Source: Mobula hypostoma
Lineage: Eukaryota
Length of the DNA: 64,000 bases
Assembly (NCBI RefSeq): GCF_963921235.1
Contig: NC_086097.1
Location: forward strand, 153,018,001-153,082,000
Direction of reading: 5' to 3'
The notes beneath the pieces are model-generated. The model was not told the DNA's origin. It saw nothing but the letters and a program-made list of their open reading frames with translations, and ran no database searches. Shown here piece after piece: positions 58,741 through 64,000 of the stretch (positions within the stretch are counted from its first letter, which is position 1; every line of letters begins with the position of its first letter). The position numbers and the translations under genes are program-made.

Positions 58741-60739
58741 GTAGCTTTTTAATCTAGCACAGATTTCATCTCACTTGCTGCACTCCTGTTTTTTCTCACA
58801 TTGCTTCTGGTGCTTCCTCCCCTGAGTGTCTATAACAAGCAACGCTAATGTATGAGTGTCTGGAGGGCCTGGTCCATATGGTAACAAGCTCCACTGCTGT
58901 TTGTCTCGCTCATGAACTAGACTTACAGTATTTTGTATTATTAATGTCCAACACAGTCTTACAATTCTAAGAAAAGCATGTAAGAAACATGTGCACCGTT
59001 CATTGGACTCAGGGAGGCCGCTGTGACTTAGCACAGTGCCACCTTACATAAATTGTGGCCTTGAAAATCGTTTGAAGTAAAATCAAACTGAAGTGAAGCC
59101 ATATGAATGGCAGCCACTGACTATGTTAGCATGAGGTAGATTAAAAAAGACAGTTGTATTGGCTAAAATGGGACTGACAAAACAGGAAAGGAGTGAGGTG
59201 ACAAATAACATGTCTATTGAAGATTACAAAAACAAATATATGATGGGGAAAATGGCAGGAAAGCTGTAGATTATTTTGGGATAATGATGGAAATGTCATC
59301 ATGGATTCAACTGTTTCATCTTCTTTTGCAGTGTTGTTGCGTGAATGAAGTCACCGGAGAAAATTACTGGTAGGTACAAAGCAGCTTCTTTATTCGGTAA
59401 GACAAGGTACAGCAGGCATTCCATTTCAACCTTCATAAGAGAAATAGGACAAAATAAATTAATATTGGAAATTTCTCCTTTCTTAAATTGATCAGATCAC
59501 TATTTCAGAGGCAGAAATTTGCAGTAAAATATATACAGTATATATATATTACTGGTAGATCATGATGGGCCCCACCTGTGCTCTAAGTCATCTTCCCACC
59601 GTCATTCCAACCACAAAATAATTCTAATATAATTTTACAGCATTCCTGTTGTGATCAAATCTGGCATAACCTGTCTCTGTCTCCTAGGACAAGCATCTGT
59701 TAATAAGTGATATCAGCATTTGCAATATACAGCTCTAGAGTTCTGTTTCAATATGTGAACATTTAGAAGATGCTTGTAACAAATGACGTTTCAAAAAGAC
59801 CTGTACACTGATTTGATTGTTAGTCTGGGTAGGGATCATGTTTATTTTTGTGTGAAAATCCAACAGCAGGGAGATTGATAATTGCCACACATGAATTGGC
59901 ATCAATTTAACTTCTTTTATGATAACATCATCCAAATCCTTTCAATGGCATTGGTATATTAAAGGTACAGGTAGCCAAAGAAAACATTTCATCAAGACAA
60001 TGATCCTTCATGTGCTAATTATGATGGGGAAGGTCATTACTTTTTTTTGGCTGAGGGTACAGAATGATTAATGGTGATGTAGCAGCTTGAAAAGAAGATT
60101 GGGAGAGATAAAATCTTTGTAGTACACTCACTATCACAACTCGGTGATAAAAAACAGCAATGAGAAATCGGGTTTTCATAGAAGTAACAATTAATTTGAC
60201 AGTTGAATAATGATAGATCTTGTGCTTCTTACCCCTTCTTATTTCTTAAAATTTTCCCTTTCATCCCAGTTAAAGGATACCAAGGTCAAATAAGCTGTTC
60301 CTACCATATTTCCAGTACTGTCCATGGTCAATATGCATTAACTAAGATTAGGTGCATGACTGCATCATTTAATCAACTTTGGGTGTTGTGATTACCGGGG
60401 GATGTGCAGGACAAGTCTCTTTTGATCTTCAAAAATTAGATTATTTGCTGTATTAATTAATTCTTCAGAAAATTGATCATTTCTATCAGATTTGCATTTC
60501 AAATCTGCTCATTTTAGTTTATAAATATAGAGGCAAACATTAGTACCAATAAAATTTTATGATCTACATTGTTCTACCAGAATCTAGAGAAGAGTTCTTA
60601 TCACAACTAAAAGTTTTCTTTGCGTGCATTTGAGAAATTGTCTACCAGGTGTAAAAGTTGTGTTCAACAGGTGCCTTCTACAAGTATCTGTGATGGGATG
60701 GGAAGCAAGGAACTCCTAGCAACCAATCAAAATGAAAAT

Positions 60740-61050
60740 GGGATGGCACAGTAGTGTAGTGGTTAGCGCAATCACTTTACAATGTTAATACTCACTGATT
60801 TGGGTTTGATTCCCACTGCTGCCTGTACGTTTTCCCCATGACCATGTGGGCTTCCTCTGGGTGCACTGGCTTCCTCCCACATTCCAAAGATGTTACAGTT
60901 AGTGAGTTGTGGGCATGCTGTGTTAGCTCAGGAAATATGGTGACGCTTGCAGGCTCCCCCAAGCGCAATCCTAAGACTGCGTTGTTCTTTGATGCAAAAA
61001 GGATGCATTTCAATGTTTTAATGTACCTGTGATAAATAAAGCTAATTTTT
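60740..61050 (+). mobile_element. V-SINE with Rex-like tail
   Basis: GGCACAGTAGTGTAGTGGTTAGCG (A box), GGGTTTGATTCCC (B box), V-core, tail GTGATAAATAAAGCTAAT. Confidence 0.8.
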
Positions 61051-61245
61051 AAAATATTTAAAATTCTCAATGTGTGTGACACAGAGTTCTAAAAAACAAG
61101 GTTCATTTTGAAGGTTTGTCATCATTGTAATTTGGAAATGTAAATGTGAACTCCACACAGCAACCTTCCACAAACTCTATGATAGCGCTGGTAAACATGA
61201 TGACATGTTATCGGTTGCTGAAAAGAACTTCCAAAATATTCACTT

Positions 61246-61823
61246 GAGATGGTCTGCAGCTGAGAGAGTGAGTAGTTTCAAGTTCCTCGATATACACATC
61301 ACCGATGATCTCACCTGGACTGTACATACAGGCTTTGTGGTAAAAAAGACACAGCAGCATCTCTTCCACCTCAAGCGACTGAAGAAGTTTGGCATTGGCC
61401 CCCAAATCCTCAAGACCTTCTACAGGGGCACCATTGAGAGCATCCTGACTGGCTGCTTCACTGCCTGATAGGGGAACTGCACCAACCTTGATCGCTGGCC
61501 ACAGCGAAGAGTGGTACAGACAGCCCAGTGCATGTGTAGATGTCAACTTCCCTCTATTTAGGATGTTTATAGCAGCAGATGCAGAAAGATCATTAGGGTC
61601 ACCAGTCACCTCAACCATAAACTGTTTCAGCTGCTTCTGTCTGGCAAATGCTACCACAACATTAAAGTCAGGACCAACAGGCTGTGAGACAGCTTCTTTC
61701 TACAAGCCATTAGATTTTAAAATTCACATGTCTGTAATTGCAGCTGAGTCATAACGCAAAGATTTTTTCTCCCTCACGTCGTGGGATGGATGTAAGATTT
61801 AAATAAATTCTAAATTCTAAATT
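61246..61823 (+). mobile_element. Rex1/Babar 3' fragment
   Basis: ERVSSFKFLDIHITDDLTW..FYRGTIESILTGC. Tail AAATAAATTCTAAATTCTAAATT. Confidence 0.88.
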
Positions 61824-61849
61824 TTCTGAGTTACTCTCACTGCAATCAA

Positions 61850-63739
61850 AAGAAGGTAGGGCCACTCAAGGATAAACGGGGGGGAGCATTTGCTTGGATG
61901 CAGAGGATGTGGGTGAGTTCCTTAATGAGTACTTTAGATCAGTATTTACCATGGAAAAGGATGTGGAGGATAGGGAGGTCAATGCTGAGCGTATTGATAT
62001 GCTAGGGCATTTTGAGGCTGAGTCTCTTAAAGGGTATTAAGGTGGATGTCCCCAAAAGCTAATTGGATATACCCCAGTTTATCGAGAGAAGCAGGAGAAT
62101 AAATCGCTAAGGACTTGACGTTTTCTCTAGCCAAAGGCAAGGTCCCAGAGGACTGGCAGGTAGCTAATGTTGTTCCATTATTCAAGAAGGGAACCAGGAA
62201 TAATCCTGGAAACTATAGATCCACGATTCTCATATCAATGGTAAGGAAGTTACTGGAGAGTGTTCATGGTGATAGGATTTATGAGCATTTGGAAAACCAT
62301 GACCTAATTAGAGAGCAACACACACAAAATGCTGGAGGAACTTGGCAGGGCAGGCAGCATCGATGGAAAAGAGTACAGTTGACGTTTAAGGCTGAGATCC
62401 TTCAGCAGGACCTGTAGATCTGCCTGGCCTGCTGATTTTCTCCAGCATTTTGTGTATGTTGCTTGCGTTTCCAACATCTGCTGCTTTTCTCCTGTTTGTG
62501 CCTAATTAGGGAGAGCCAGCATGCATTTGTGCAGGACAAGTCATGTCTTATTAACTTGATTGAGTTTTTTGACGGGCTGTCAAAGGTGATTGATGAAGGC
62601 AGAGGTGCGGATGTTGTATACATAGACATTAGTGAGGCATTTGACAAGGCCCCTCATAGGTGGCTCATGCGAAAGATTCTGATGAATGGGATCCATGGTC
62701 AATTAGCTATTTGGTTTCAGAACATGCTTCCCCTTAGAAGAAAGAGAGTAGTGGTTGAAGGCACTTAATCTTGCTGGAGGTTTGTGCTTAGTGGTGTTCT
62801 GCAGGGATCTGTATTGGGACCTCTGCAGTTTGTGATGCATATAAATGATGTGGATGAAAATGTAGACGGCTGGGTTAGTAAGTTTGCGGATGATACAAAG
62901 ATTGGTGGTGTTGTAGACAGCGGAGAAAGCTGGTAAAAAGTACAACAGCATACAGATCAGTTGCAGATGTGGATAGATGAAGTTTAACCTGGCCAAATAT
63001 GAAGTGTTGCACCTTGGTAGATCAAATGTAATGAGACAGTACACTTCTAAGGGTAAGATCCTTAATAGTGTTGATGAGCAGAGGGATCTTGGGGTCTAAG
63101 TTTATAGATGCCTGAGAGTGACTACACAGGTTGTTAGGGTGGTTAAAAAGGCATATGACATGCTTGAGACATTGTGTCAAAAGTCAGGAAATTATTTTGC
63201 TATTTTATAAAACTCTGTTAGGCTGCATCTGGAGTATTGCACACACAGGGTGCAGAAGGGGTTTACCAGAATGCTACCTGGATTAGGGGGCAAGTTTGAG
63301 TTTGGAAAAACTTGGGTTGTCTTTTTCTGGAGTGGCAGAGGCTGAGAGAAGGTCTGATTGAAGGTTGTAAGATTATGAGAGACATAGGTAAAGCAGGCAG
63401 ACAATCTATTTTTCCAAGTGTTGGAATGTTTAATACTGGAGGGCATGGATTTAAGGTGAGAGATAGTAATATCAAAGGAGATGTGAAGGCCCAGTTTTTG
63501 ACAAAGAGAGTGTTGGGTGCCTACAATGTGCTGCTTGTGATGGTGATAGAGTTAGAAACATTAGGGACTTCTAAGAGACATTTAGAGAGACACATAAATG
63601 TGAGGAAAATGGAAAGAAATGGTCATTGCGTAGGCAGAAGAGGTTAGCTTAGTTAGCCTTTTGATTACTAATTTAATTGGTTTAGCACAACATTATGGGC
63701 TGAAAGTTGAGTTCCTCTGCTGTACTGTTCTATGTTCTA
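61850..63739 (+). mobile_element. CR1 LINE RT half, decayed
   Basis: [38 protein letters not shown]. Tail TGTACTGTTCTATGTTCTA. Confidence 0.9.
62312..62500. mobile_element. Palindromic PLE insert inside the CR1
   Basis: Minus arm with a degenerate hammerhead (62376-62411), then a plus arm. TSD CCTAATTAG at 62303-62311 and 62501-62509; the host peptide LIRE is duplicated. Confidence 0.85.
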
Positions 63740-64000
63740 AGTTCATGTTCAAGTTTAGTTGCCATTCAACCATACACATGTACAATATACAGCTAAATGA
63801 AGCATTGTTCCTCTGGAGCCAATGTGTGAAACACAGCACATACAATCAAACACAACACACAGAACATTTAGTTATGTATGATAGCATATAGTATACAGTC
63901 ACTAAATAATAATTTATGACTGATAGAAGAAAAGGAATATACAATCAACATGGCAAGCAGCAACTGCTGTTATTTGCAAGTCAACAATTCAAAGTTTTAT
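63740..64000 (-). mobile_element. Family B element, tail abutting the CR1 tail
   Basis: GTTCAAGTTTAGTTGCCATTCAACCATAC..GGAGCCAATGTGTGAAACACAGCAC. Confidence 0.65.

Noticed and set aside
59331..59420. Exon after a strong acceptor (TTCTTTTGCAG)
   Set aside because: The downstream sequence looks like an LTR edge (TGTTGCG..CTTTATT) and has no supportable coding identity.
1..64000. Prokaryotic systems (CRISPR arrays, retrons, operons) suggested by the many RT ORFs
   Set aside because: The RT fragments are eukaryotic LINE families with stops and frameshifts. There is no repeat-spacer array and no gene-dense organisation.

Overview
Eukaryotic vertebrate genomic DNA, not prokaryotic. The repeat complement (CR1 LINEs with an SGNH-esterase ORF1, HE1-like V-SINEs, Rex1/Babar LINEs, Penelope-like elements) points to a cartilaginous fish, probably a ray; this is an inference from repeat content. 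Roughly two thirds of the window is decayed, heavily nested transposable elements: many CR1 and Rex1/Babar LINE copies, a 5'-truncated L1, an R4/Dong-type fragment, a hAT/Charlie element, a mariner fold-back element, a Gypsy internal remnant, a solo LTR and several SINE families. No intact host gene or autonomous element is visible, and the ORF track is almost entirely TE fragments or noise. The unique spacers contain a few unidentified candidate exons. The most notable signal is a family of about 10 short Penelope-derived inserts carrying a minimal type-I hammerhead ribozyme (one intact copy at 26104-26141), several with target-site duplications and hairpin architecture. Also notable are two non-coding element families that borrow Rex-type tails, a four-TIR mariner palindrome and a three-layer Rex/R4/L1 nest. 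Family names come from motif recognition, not from database searches, and boundaries without a TSD are approximate.
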